From a virus, in IMG/VR virus record IMGVR_UViG_3300020202_000069, positions 4,524 through 68,523 of that record: a stretch of 64,000 nt of DNA; one strand, given 5' to 3'. Below the pieces are notes generated by a model. That model did not search any database. It saw nothing but the letters and a program-made list of their open reading frames with translations, and was not told the origin of the DNA. Numbering within the stretch: the first letter of the stretch is position 1; the number at the start of each line of letters is the position of its first letter. Positions 35,282-44,121 of the stretch are shown here, one piece after another. The position numbers and the translations under genes are program-made.

Positions 35282-35737
35282 TCATACGGGCTCGTAGACA
35301 AGGGCACGGGCCTCTGGAAGCGCATCGAGTGCCACAACGATCAGGCGTCGGACCGCGCTCCAGTTAAGCCCACCAAGTCCACACCCGAGCGCGGGGATCG
35401 CAAGTGACCGGAGGCTCAACCGCCGCGCCTCGACAACCAACGCCTCGAGCCCGCTCTCGATGTCCGCCATGCGGCTCATCCCCCTCCAGTGGCGCTTGGT
35501 TGGGAAGTTGATGATGTAGCGTGGGTTCGCATTCCCCCGTCCGAGATCGACCGTATACATGCGCCCGGGCTGCACCTCTTCGCGCTTGCACGCCTCCGCG
35601 TAGGCACGAAAGTTCTCAGGGAAGGCACGCTTGAACTCCAGCGCTAAACCGCGCCCCATGACGCCGACGCAGTTGACCGGATTGACCAGCGCCTCCGCTT
35701 CGGCTTTCAGTATGTCGCCGCGGATGAACTCGACCAT
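35282..35737 (-). CDS. Stand-alone macrodomain, DarG-like ADP-ribose glycohydrolase
   Basis: GDIL, VNPVNCVGVMGRGLA, IINFPTK, AIPALGCGLGGL motifs. Confidence 0.92.
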   Translation of the reverse strand: MVEFIRGDILKAEAEALVNPVNCVGVMGRGLALEFKRAFPENFRAYAEACKREEVQPGRMYTVDLGRGNANPRYIINFPTKRHWRGMSRMADIESGLEALVVEARRLSLRSLAIPALGCGLGGLNWSAVRRLIVVALDALPEARALVYEPV

Positions 35738-35827
35738 GCAGCCCCCATGTCAGCGGTCCGGGGTGACCGAAGACCGATCACCCCGTGACCAGGATCGCGA
35801 GATGAGGCAGGGCGATCCTTGCAGGGA

Positions 35828-36451
35828 TCACTCCGCCGCCACCTCGTCGGACTCCATGCCGTTGCTGGTCGACTCCAGGTCGGGCTCGTAGCTCCTTGCG
35901 CCGGGAGCCTTGCGCATGATTCGGGCTGCCCCGTTGGCCTTTCCGGAGACCGGGTAGTACCGAGTTGCGCGCTTTTCGCCCTCGGTTCGGATTCTTCCCT
36001 CCTTCAGGAGCTTCTTGATCGGGAGGACGAGATCCTTGGTGGGGATCACGAGTCCCTTCCCGATCTGCTCGATGCCCTGGCCTGGGCTCGTCTTGATGTG
36101 ATCGAAGAGCTGCTCGATGAGGCTGGCGAGCTCGTCGGGGTCGCGCTTCTGCCCCTTGGCCTTCGGTGCTGAGGACTTAGATGCGCCGTTGGGCTTGGAC
36201 ACTGGAGCGACCCCGTTTGCCTTTGCGGGGCGTGCCCGAGCCACGACGGGGGCAGCGGCCGTGGTAGCGCGAGGCTTCGGGCCCGGCTTCCCCCGCGGGG
36301 CAGGGGCAGGTATCGAGGCGCTTCCGAACCCTGAGAGGGCGGCCAGCCCGATCTCCTGGGCGACCTCGACCTTGATATCGTGGTCGGCCCCGGAGATGAG
36401 GCGCTCAAGCGTCGAATCGGGAAGTTTGCGAACGATGTCAGCGATGTTCAT
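35828..36451 (-). CDS. Myxobacterial-type nucleoid-associated/wHTH DNA-binding protein
   Basis: Basic Pro/Ala/Lys linker plus KGQKR...PGQGIEQI...LPIKKL...EGEKRATRY domain. Confidence 0.75.
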   Translation of the reverse strand: MNIADIVRKLPDSTLERLISGADHDIKVEVAQEIGLAALSGFGSASIPAPAPRGKPGPKPRATTAAAPVVARARPAKANGVAPVSKPNGASKSSAPKAKGQKRDPDELASLIEQLFDHIKTSPGQGIEQIGKGLVIPTKDLVLPIKKLLKEGRIRTEGEKRATRYYPVSGKANGAARIMRKAPGARSYEPDLESTSNGMESDEVAAE

Positions 36452-36562
36452 GATGATGAATGATCTCCTGTCAGGTCAGGCTCGGGGCCGCTACGAGCGG
36501 CGTCTCCGGCCAGTGATGTCTCGGGTGAGTCCCCCGCGGTCGTATGCGGGGGGGCAATGCAT

Positions 36563-36874
36563 CTACGTCTGCGCCTCCTGCGGGCCCAGGGATGGCCTAG
36601 GAAGAGCTTTCCCCCGCCGGATGAGCTCCTGGACCAGCTCCTCGAGCGGGATGCGCCGAAGGGGCATTCCCGGCGCTGGGATAGCCATTCCCCCGGTCAG
36701 GGCTCGGGCCCGGTCGAGGTCTGCGAGCACCATCGTCAGCGGGTGCTGGTCCCCATAGCGATGGACCAGGACCTGCGAGCGTACCTCCGCCTCTACGGCC
36801 CGTAGAGCAATCATCTCTACGATCAGCGCTATCGTTGCGCGCGCATCGGGATCATCGTCGTCGGTCTGAGTCAT
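36563..36874 (-). CDS. Hypothetical protein
   Basis: ORF track; GGAG RBS. Confidence 0.55.
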   Translation of the reverse strand: MTQTDDDDPDARATIALIVEMIALRAVEAEVRSQVLVHRYGDQHPLTMVLADLDRARALTGGMAIPAPGMPLRRIPLEELVQELIRRGKALPRPSLGPQEAQT

Positions 36875-36971
36875 GGTCTGCGTCTCCGTCCGGTACCACG
36901 AACATGGTACCGGGCTTCACGTCTCCTCCTGCGTACCGGGCACACCCACCGGCACAGCCATTCTATCCAGG

Positions 36972-37238
36972 CTAGTTCTCTGCGCCAGAGGAATCATGCT
37001 TCTTAGTGCTCTTTTTCTCGGTCTGGAGAGGTGCAACAAGACACCTCGGGCATGACCGCTCCCCACGTCCCTCGACAGGAAGAGCTTCGTCCGAAGGTCC
37101 GCTCCAGGAGCAGACCGCGCAGACAAGGATCGTTATTGGGGTACCTCGACGAGGTGGAGCCGAAGCCTCGGGCCCGATCGATCCAGTGGCAGCCACAGCG
37201 GCGCCGAGATCGGGATCGGCGCGATCCGCCTTACCCAT
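36972..37238 (-). CDS. Possible Zn-ribbon protein
   Basis: CAVC...CPRC. Confidence 0.4.
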   Translation of the reverse strand: MGKADRADPDLGAAVAATGSIGPEASAPPRRGTPITILVCAVCSWSGPSDEALPVEGRGERSCPRCLVAPLQTEKKSTKKHDSSGAEN

Positions 37239-37254
37239 GAGCTCGACCTGTGCT

Positions 37255-37302
37255 AAAAGAAAAAAGCCCTGGGCATTGCTTTGGCCGGCACGCCCAGGGC
37301 TT
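37255..37302 (-). terminator. Rho-independent terminator
   Basis: Perfect 11-bp stem AAGCCCTGGGC/GCCCAGGGCTT followed by TTTTCTTTT on the minus strand. Confidence 0.75.
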
Positions 37303-37380
37303 CAACACGGAGACAGAGCGTTGGTAGCACGCTGGACTTTTTCTAGCAAGCGCCCGAGTATCGTTGCGCGTCATTTCGCG

Positions 37381-37773
37381 GTGATGCGCGCGATCGCGGC
37401 GTCGAGCCTCACGCACGTTGAGAAGCACGTCTTGATCGCCATCGAGATGCATGCTGACAACCTGACCGGGTGGGCATACCCATCGATTCACACACTCATG
37501 CTCGACACGAGCCTCTCCCGCAGCGCCGTGGAGCAGGCCATCCTGGACCTGCGCGGACCCCATGCGGACCAGGGTCGGAAGAAGAAGGGGCGCGACAGGC
37601 CGTGCTGGATCGAGTACCGGCCTTGCGCATCCAAGTACCGGACGAACCTCTTTCGGGTGCGCCCTCCGGGGCTGGACCTTGCCGCGTTCGGCATCCCCGC
37701 TGCGGGGGAAGAGGATCCGCTGAAAGCGATGGCCCGAGCCCGAGGAGAGCCTCTTGATACCGCGGCCGAGTAG
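37381..37773 (+). CDS. HTH_36-type winged-helix protein (replication-initiator N-domain-like), on the opposite strand
   Basis: LTHVEKHVLIAIEMHAD...AYPSIHTLMLDTSLSRSAVEQAILDL; start uncertain. Confidence 0.75.
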   Translation: MMRAIAASSLTHVEKHVLIAIEMHADNLTGWAYPSIHTLMLDTSLSRSAVEQAILDLRGPHADQGRKKKGRDRPCWIEYRPCASKYRTNLFRVRPPGLDLAAFGIPAAGEEDPLKAMARARGEPLDTAAE

Positions 37774-37970
37774 CGGCGGGGCGTTCTGGATCCCCCATGG
37801 TATGGACCCAATCTGCTCAAGAACTCGGTCGCGCACTCCTGTGCTCTCCCTCCGAGGTGCCGGGGGATCCCCCCGGAGCCCCCGATAGCCGACCGTTGAC
37901 GTGGATCTCATCGGGGTGCCTTGGTTTCCGCGTGGGCCAGGGGGGGTACTTCTGACAACAGACGTCTCGG

Positions 37971-38975
37971 TCATCGGCTCTTCTTCCCACGGAGCAAGAA
38001 GCCCTCTCCGTGGAGCTTCAGGATCACCCGCCCGATTGCTGGGTCGAAGCGCTCTTTCGCCGGCCGTATGACGATGCCCTCACGCACGTGATCCGCGAAC
38101 GTGCTCTTCCCCTCAGCCAACTCGCGAAGCGATGTCTTCCAGGGGCCGCGGTAGAGGATCGGTACCACGGGGAGTTCGAGCCGCGCAGCGAGCGCGAGAA
38201 AGGTGTCGAAATCGACATACGCTCGGCGCTTGCAGTCGATCGCATCGAAGAGCCGGAATCCGCGACGATCGCTCGTGGCGTCGTACTTCACCCCGCGCTC
38301 GTCGCCATAGACCTCGCCATAGATACCGAACCCCTCGACGGATCGGAGCCGCTCCTCAAGCCCGAGTCGGCGGCCGACCTCCCACCAGTGCTGACTCTGT
38401 TGGACGGTGCTCGCTGGATCTTTCCAGCACGTTCGGCTCCCGCAGTAGAGCCGACCGTAGCCGTACGTGTACCGAGCCGACTCCCCGTGGATCTTCTCGG
38501 TGATCACGACCTCTTCGCCCTCAGCAAGGACATGGGGATAGGCACGGAGCGCCGGGAGATCGGTATAGACCGGCATCAGCCCTGGGTCGCGCTCGTTCCC
38601 CTCGGTGGGCTCAGGCGCTTCGGCGCGCGTGATCCGGAGCTCGGAGGCGACGTCGCGTCCTACCTCCCACGATGGATCGGCAGGCGTGAGGATGCCCATC
38701 GAGAAGACGCCGCGAAGCTTCTTCGCCTCGATCTCGATCCATGTCGGATTCGCGTCGGTGCCCTTCGGGAGCAGGAACGACCAGCGTGGATCATCGGCCG
38801 GCACGACGGCCGTGACAGGCACGTAGACGGCCTTGTCGCCTTCCCGAAACTCGCCGGTGCGCAAGATGACGGGGTAGCCGCCCTCGCCCCCGATCCGGGT
38901 GATTGAGAGGTTGTCGGCGTTCGGGTGGCGCTCGATGGCGCCGATCTGGACAACGCGAACCTGGAACTCGCTCAT
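37971..38975 (-). CDS. RNA ligase, DRB0094/Rnl2-like family
   Basis: N-terminal HPNADNL OB-like domain; motif I TEKIHGE, GEVYG, REGIV, LK. Confidence 0.92.
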   Translation of the reverse strand: MSEFQVRVVQIGAIERHPNADNLSITRIGGEGGYPVILRTGEFREGDKAVYVPVTAVVPADDPRWSFLLPKGTDANPTWIEIEAKKLRGVFSMGILTPADPSWEVGRDVASELRITRAEAPEPTEGNERDPGLMPVYTDLPALRAYPHVLAEGEEVVITEKIHGESARYTYGYGRLYCGSRTCWKDPASTVQQSQHWWEVGRRLGLEERLRSVEGFGIYGEVYGDERGVKYDATSDRRGFRLFDAIDCKRRAYVDFDTFLALAARLELPVVPILYRGPWKTSLRELAEGKSTFADHVREGIVIRPAKERFDPAIGRVILKLHGEGFLLRGKKSR

Positions 38976-39029
38976 GGTGTGTACCTCCGTTCGGTCATCG
39001 ATTCTTGGCTCTAGTCTTGAGCTTCATGG

Positions 39030-39365
39030 TCATTCATCTGGCATGCACTTGGTGCACCAGCCTCCGCTCCAGTTGATGTGCAGAAAGCCCAGCGAGAACG
39101 AGCAATGCGGTCCATCGTAGTAGGCGTGGTGACTGCCGATCGCGAAGTGCCGCGTCAGAGAGACGGTGTAGTAATGGTTCGCTGGTCTCCACGTCTCACC
39201 ATGTCCCCCGGAGAGGATTTGGTGGGTGAACCCGATGCCCACGCCAAAAAGCGCCGACTCATCTCTCCAGAGGTCGGTCTCGAGAACCCAGCGCCAGGAT
39301 CGGCGACCCATTTCCGGATACTCGGGCTCGTCTTCCTTGGTGACCTCGGATGTCCACAGAATCAT
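39030..39365 (-). CDS. Trp-rich hypothetical protein
   Basis: ORF track; GAGG RBS. Confidence 0.6.
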   Translation of the reverse strand: MILWTSEVTKEDEPEYPEMGRRSWRWVLETDLWRDESALFGVGIGFTHQILSGGHGETWRPANHYYTVSLTRHFAIGSHHAYYDGPHCSFSLGFLHINWSGGWCTKCMPDE

Positions 39366-39371
39366 GTCGGT

Positions 39372-39683
39372 CTACCTCGAAAGGGCTTGCACGATCTGCA
39401 TCCAGCGATCGGCGTGGTGGGTGAGCGTAAAGTCGACTCCCTTGCCGTAGGGGGTCTGCACTTCGCGCATGGCTTGGATGGATCCGTAGAGCGCGCGGGC
39501 CTTGTCGCGAAGGTTCGCGGCCAGTTGGTGGGACTCCCAATAATGGCAGTCATCTGCGCGGATTGCCTCAGCAATCAGTGCTTCGATCTCGTCCATGGCG
39601 CGCATGGTCTCAATGTAGGCACGGATCCCCTCGATTTGCTCGAACGTGAGGTCGAAGAGGGTCGGCGCATCGTTGCTGTTCAT
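39372..39683 (-). CDS. Hypothetical protein
   Basis: ATGA coupling at 39680-39683. Confidence 0.6.
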   Translation of the reverse strand: MNSNDAPTLFDLTFEQIEGIRAYIETMRAMDEIEALIAEAIRADDCHYWESHQLAANLRDKARALYGSIQAMREVQTPYGKGVDFTLTHHADRWMQIVQALSR

Positions 39684-40108
39684 GCTACATCCATCGCGCC
39701 GCATGGGCGCCATTGCCCGAGCCACACCGATACCTCGTAGCGCCCTGCTCGGCGCCCAGGATCGTCATCGCTCGCAAAGAACCCGGCCCACCATCCGAGC
39801 TTCCACAGGGTCCACGCGTCGGACCCAAACCCGTAGGGGTTCTGCCAGAGACTCGCAGCCAGGACTTCATCGCGGGCAGACCCCATACCTGCCACGATGC
39901 CCGCCCTGAGTGCGGGGCGTAGTTCGGTCGGTGGGCACGAGGAGCAGAACCCGAGCTCTGCGTCGAGGTAGGTCGTCTCGGGCCCGTGGAGGATCTCGGT
40001 CCCACACCAGCGACATGACGCCGCTACGGGGCAAAGCTCCGGGGTGAAAGCGTTGTCGGCTGCTTCTCTACTCATTCGATCCCTGCGCGGAATGGGTGAG
40101 TCCTCCAT
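39680..40108 (-). CDS. Hypothetical protein with CxxC pairs and NPY...W..GW motif
   Basis: ORF track. Confidence 0.55.
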   Translation of the reverse strand: MEDSPIPRRDRMSREAADNAFTPELCPVAASCRWCGTEILHGPETTYLDAELGFCSSCPPTELRPALRAGIVAGMGSARDEVLAASLWQNPYGFGSDAWTLWKLGWWAGFFASDDDPGRRAGRYEVSVWLGQWRPCGAMDVA

Positions 40109-40115
40109 CCTGGGG

Positions 40116-40391
40116 TCAGTTCGCGGGCGTCACGAGTTCGGCCACCATGGGCGCGAATATCTCGCGGGCCGCCTCGCGGAGGGTGTCGTCCGTGGCCCGC
40201 GACAGTCGCTCGACGCGCTCGGGTGGCATACCGGCGACAACGCGAGGAATCGACGCCTGAAGGCTCTTGAGCACCTCGGGCGGGGGCTCGCCCATGCGCT
40301 GCTCGCGGCCTCGAGCACGGATCATGTCGAACGCCTCTTCTGTGAGAATACGGGCGATACGGGCACGGGGATCGGTGGTCTTGGTGGACAT
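40116..40391 (-). CDS. Hypothetical protein
   Basis: ATG 40391 after GGAG. Confidence 0.55.
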   Translation of the reverse strand: MSTKTTDPRARIARILTEEAFDMIRARGREQRMGEPPPEVLKSLQASIPRVVAGMPPERVERLSRATDDTLREAAREIFAPMVAELVTPAN

Positions 40392-40461
40392 GGTTATCAC
40401 TCCGATTCTGATGATAGGCAGGCAGGTGGAACCTGAATCAATAGAGAGTAGGATCATCGTA

Positions 40462-40677
40462 CTAGACCAGTCTCTCAAGACGTCCCGCGCGATGATCTGC
40501 CACGGCGCATGCTACGACTCGCCGGACGAGGATCTCGTCCCCCCGACCCATAGGCCGGAACCTGGCGCACATCTCGACGGCCTTCCGCGCGACGAATACC
40601 CGCTCCTCTACCGCGGATAGATGCTCTTCGGGGATGCCTCCGGCCGTGGCGAGTTCGCGAGCGATATTCACACTCAT
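40462..40677 (-). CDS. Small hypothetical protein
   Basis: ATGA coupling. Confidence 0.5.
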   Translation of the reverse strand: MSVNIARELATAGGIPEEHLSAVEERVFVARKAVEMCARFRPMGRGDEILVRRVVACAVADHRAGRLERLV

Positions 40678-40807
40678 GCTACCCTCTTCCTTTCCGCGAG
40701 TTCATTCCCCGCATACGCGAGCAGTCCGCGACCATTGAGCCGCACCCATTCACCACGCCAGTGAACCGTGGTTCTGCCGTCGCAGAGCAGTCCAACCAGT
40801 GGTTCCG

Positions 40808-41104
40808 TCACCCGCTTCCACTCCTCGAGCCGTGGGGCTGGTCCGGGCTCCCGAGGCAATGCGGGTCATCGTCCTCGACCAGCATGAAGGCCTCGATCGC
40901 TGCGCCGGGTTTCGAGATGGTTCGCCAGCGAGCACGAGTAGTCGGCACATACCCAGCATTGCGAAGCGCCTGCTCCAGGTCGTCCGAGAACTCCGCGTCG
41001 ACCTCGCGCCTTCGCTGCGCGTACTCCCAGAGAAGATCCTGCGCGGTCGGATCCTTCACGCTCAGTATGACCTCGCCTCGCAAGGTATCCAGGGGCGTGC
41101 TCAT
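40808..41104 (-). CDS. Hypothetical protein
   Basis: ATGA coupling at 41101-41104. Confidence 0.5.
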   Translation of the reverse strand: MSTPLDTLRGEVILSVKDPTAQDLLWEYAQRRREVDAEFSDDLEQALRNAGYVPTTRARWRTISKPGAAIEAFMLVEDDDPHCLGSPDQPHGSRSGSG

Positions 41105-41340
41105 GTGCTCACCCCGGCCGCCGCAAGCTGCTCCATGCAGCTCTTGCAGAACGGCGTATCGAGCGCCACCCGCACCACTCCGCAGGCGTTGCACACAATC
41201 GAGGGCCCGTTCTCGACCTCGGGCGCCTCGTGCTGGATCTCGTCGCCGGGCTCCGTTGGGTGCCATTGATTCGATTCGTAGAAGGCTCGGATCTCCGAGT
41301 AGGTCGCATTGGGGTCAGGCCATTGGATCGAGTTGCTCAT
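41101..41340 (-). CDS. Small Zn-finger protein
   Basis: CNAC...CKSC; ATGA coupling; GGAGG RBS. Confidence 0.6.
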   Translation of the reverse strand: MSNSIQWPDPNATYSEIRAFYESNQWHPTEPGDEIQHEAPEVENGPSIVCNACGVVRVALDTPFCKSCMEQLAAAGVST

Positions 41341-41777
41341 GCAGCCTCCTTCTGAGGGCGCTCGCCGCGCAGCTCGGCGCCAAGCTTTCCAAGGATCTCG
41401 GCGAGCAGAAACCGGTGGCAGTGCGAGGGGTGGACGCAGGTGCAGCACAGCGTGACCTCGGCACGTGCAAGTAGTGCATTCCAGGCAGCTCGATACCGCT
41501 TGTACGATCGGCGCATCTCCTCGACGTACGCAGGCGCGTAGCGCTCCCAGAGCGCCGACTCTTCGGTGAGGGCAACGACGAGGTTGCCGGCCTCGGCCCA
41601 TGCCTTCACATGCTTGCGAGCTTCGAGCGCCGGCCCGAGAATCTTCCACGAGGGTGCGAACGGCTCGCCAGGCGAGAGCTGCCCCGCCTTCCGCGCTCGG
41701 TCGGCGCCGGCGCGGGTGATGTCGAGGCGGTCGGGGCCGACGTAATCGACGCGCGCGGTGTAGACCTGGAGCGGCAT
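41337..41777 (-). CDS. DUF488-like protein
   Basis: FAPSWKIL...YVEEMR...VTLCC...CHRFLLAE. Confidence 0.75.
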   Translation of the reverse strand: MPLQVYTARVDYVGPDRLDITRAGADRARKAGQLSPGEPFAPSWKILGPALEARKHVKAWAEAGNLVVALTEESALWERYAPAYVEEMRRSYKRYRAAWNALLARAEVTLCCTCVHPSHCHRFLLAEILGKLGAELRGERPQKEAA

Positions 41778-41779
41778 CG

Positions 41780-42445
41780 TCAGGGACCTCCCCTCGCGTC
41801 GAGCTGGAGGATGGCTCGCAGACACGGGGTCACCACGTCGAGCAGCTCTGCCCGGACGCGCCCGGGGTCCGTCTCGGCGCCAAGCTCCGCGACCTCTTCG
41901 GTGAGCACGCGCCAGAGCGTATTGGTGCCGGCGCGGTGGGCTTCGTCGCACTTCGCCTGCCACGCTTCGACCTCGGCGCGGGTGACCACACCCGTACCCA
42001 TCCCGCCGGGGAAGCCGTTGCCGTGCTTGGTGATGGCCTGCTGGAGCAGCTCCCGAACCTCTGCGAGCAGATTATCTCTCCGGAGCTCAGTGTTCTGCAT
42101 ATCGGTTGTTCCTAAAGTTTCGATCGCGCCGCGTACATGCAGGGCGAGCCGCAAGGCATCCTCGTAAAGATGACGAACTGGCAGGCCTTCCTCGAGCGCC
42201 TGTCGGAGGTAGACGACGCCATCGAGGTACTCCTGGTAGGCATCGACGAGCGGGGCGCGGCCGTTGTGCGCCATCAGGGGCATGCCGTAGCGCTGGCGCC
42301 CGATGGCGTCGCGCTCGCACATGTCGGCGAGCATGAGCCGCGCGCTCGGTTCGTTCGACATAGGTCGGCGTTCGACATCCTCGATCACGATTTCCCAGAT
42401 GGGTCGACCGATTGACGGCTTGGGAGGGGGCTGGTCCTGGATCAC
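41780..42445 (-). CDS. Tandem MazG-like (all-alpha NTP pyrophosphohydrolase) protein
   Basis: Domain 1 RYG..L..HNGR..LVDAYQEYLDGVVY; domain 2 LTEEVAE...RAELLDV. Confidence 0.65.
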   Translation of the reverse strand: MIQDQPPPKPSIGRPIWEIVIEDVERRPMSNEPSARLMLADMCERDAIGRQRYGMPLMAHNGRAPLVDAYQEYLDGVVYLRQALEEGLPVRHLYEDALRLALHVRGAIETLGTTDMQNTELRRDNLLAEVRELLQQAITKHGNGFPGGMGTGVVTRAEVEAWQAKCDEAHRAGTNTLWRVLTEEVAELGAETDPGRVRAELLDVVTPCLRAILQLDARGGP

Positions 42446-42942
42446 GAACCGTCTCCTTGTTTGAGAAGTGGGGTTGATCGACCCGTGAGATACGTCTGGT
42501 GAATGCCGGCCTCTATCCGCTCGTACACGGTCTCCCCGTTTTCAAGCAGCAGGTTCGAGAGGAACTCCTGCTCGAAGCTGGAGGTGCCGAGTTCGATCAG
42601 CACGAGCTTCGCCTTAACCGCCAGGACGAGCGCTCTCCAGCGCTCGCGGCAGGCCTGCTCGTGAGCCTTTCGTGTCTCCTCAGGAGAGCGTGTGACGACC
42701 CGGCCGGTGCGCCTCGATCGCATCCTGGCGATGTCCTCCAGCTTGGGGAGCTGGAGGACAATCCGGTACTGCCTCACCCGTTCGAGGCCCCCACCCGAAA
42801 CGATCGTGAATTGAACTGCCACGGCACCCTTTTCTACGTCGTGGCTAGTGCTGTACTGAAGCGCACCAGCGCGCATCAACATCTGCTCGAGTTCAGCCCG
42901 GCTCTTCTCGACCGGAACTGTGGTGTTCTCTGCGTAGGGCAT
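42442..42942 (-). CDS. Conserved phage protein (YAENTTVPVEKSRAE family)
   Basis: ATG 42942 with GGAGG; FEQEFL motif. Confidence 0.75.
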   Translation of the reverse strand: MPYAENTTVPVEKSRAELEQMLMRAGALQYSTSHDVEKGAVAVQFTIVSGGGLERVRQYRIVLQLPKLEDIARMRSRRTGRVVTRSPEETRKAHEQACRERWRALVLAVKAKLVLIELGTSSFEQEFLSNLLLENGETVYERIEAGIHQTYLTGRSTPLLKQGDGS

Positions 42943-42961
42943 GGGCCCTCCTTCCCGAGGC

Positions 42962-42986
42962 TCACACTTGTGGCTCACAAGTGTGA
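42962..42986. promoter_or_regulatory. Perfect 11-bp inverted repeat, candidate operator
   Basis: TCACACTTGTG-GCT-CACAAGTGTGA in an AT-richer intergenic region. Confidence 0.55.
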
Positions 42987-43031
42987 AAGTTTTCACTTTT
43001 GTTATGCGCCGCCTTTCGCGCCCATGGTGAC

Positions 43032-43460
43032 TCACGCGACCTCCGTCCGGGTGCGCCAGATCCGAGCCTTACCGAACTCCACGCCCTGCCTTCGGGCCCA
43101 CCTGGCGAAGCGCGACCATCGGCGCCGGCAGCGTTTGATGATCTTGGCCGTAGGCTCCATGCGACGCATCTCCGCGAATGTCATCGCGAAAAATCGGTGG
43201 CTCTCTGCGTTGTCGTAGTAGCCGTGACAAACGTAGAACCCGACAAGATCGTCGGGCTCGGCGTCGTCGGGGTGGGGGTACTCCGGCACGAACGCTTGCC
43301 GGGCGAGACCCCAACTGTGGTTTGTCCGCCCGTGGAGCCGCGCCTCGTAGGCTTCCACCTTGGGGCTGATGTGCCTCTCCCACTTCATGATGAGTTTCGA
43401 CAGTTCGAGACCATCGGGAACGCGGACACCGTACAACAGCACATTGATCGACTGGCCCAT
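43032..43460 (-). CDS. Hypothetical protein
   Basis: GGAGGAGG RBS. Confidence 0.65.
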   Translation of the reverse strand: MGQSINVLLYGVRVPDGLELSKLIMKWERHISPKVEAYEARLHGRTNHSWGLARQAFVPEYPHPDDAEPDDLVGFYVCHGYYDNAESHRFFAMTFAEMRRMEPTAKIIKRCRRRWSRFARWARRQGVEFGKARIWRTRTEVA

Positions 43461-43475
43461 GTCATCCTCCTCCGC

Positions 43476-43847
43476 CTACTTCATTGACTGGTACCGACCG
43501 CGGGAAACTTTGCCGACCCTTCGGCCCTCGGCGTGGGCGAGCCGCGCAAGGGTCGTCCTGACGGAAGCGAGTTTCTCTATCCGTCCGCGTGCTTCGAGGC
43601 GAAGCACGCAGTCCTTGGCGGTGAGCGCTACTCCTGGCTCGCCGTCGAGGACTGCGCAGAGCCGATCTGGAAGCGTATCGCCGCCGCTTGTGGCGGTCTG
43701 GGGTTGAGCTTTGGACAGATCCTCTTCGGCGATGAGCCGATCGACCTCCATCTCCAGTTCGGCAAGGAGGGCGGTCAACGCCTGTGCCTTTTGGCGGTAG
43801 GCCTGGATCGCGGCGCCAAGCTGGATGATATGCTCGCGGCGGTTCAT
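43476..43847 (-). CDS. Coiled-coil plus winged-helix protein
   Basis: SVRTTLARLAH...VGKVSRGRY. Confidence 0.6.
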   Translation of the reverse strand: MNRREHIIQLGAAIQAYRQKAQALTALLAELEMEVDRLIAEEDLSKAQPQTATSGGDTLPDRLCAVLDGEPGVALTAKDCVLRLEARGRIEKLASVRTTLARLAHAEGRRVGKVSRGRYQSMK

Positions 43848-43896
43848 ACGCCTTCTCGTCTACTCTGTGGGCCCATGATACGCTGAATATCCCAGT

Positions 43897-44121
43897 TTAT
43901 GACCTTCTCCCTGCAAGCGGCTTGATCCGATCGATCAACTCCGCGATCATCATCTCCCGCCGAATTTGATTGGGTAGGCTCTTGTCGATCGTGGCATTCA
44001 CGGCGTCGATGTTCTCACGAACCATTCTGAGGCACCACGTGTAGTTCTTCTTTTCAAGAGCTGGGTCTGTATCAATCGCGTCCTGAATGGCCCGCGCGTA
44101 CTTCTTCATCTTGTCGCTCAT
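43897..44121 (-). CDS. Small hypothetical protein
   Basis: ATGA coupling to dam. Confidence 0.55.
   Translation of the reverse strand: MSDKMKKYARAIQDAIDTDPALEKKNYTWCLRMVRENIDAVNATIDKSLPNQIRREMMIAELIDRIKPLAGRRS

Noticed and set aside
36890-36913. 9-bp inverted repeat CCGGTACCA/TGGTACCGG
   Set aside because: Could be a terminator or operator, but it has no U-tract and no second copy; too little support to assign
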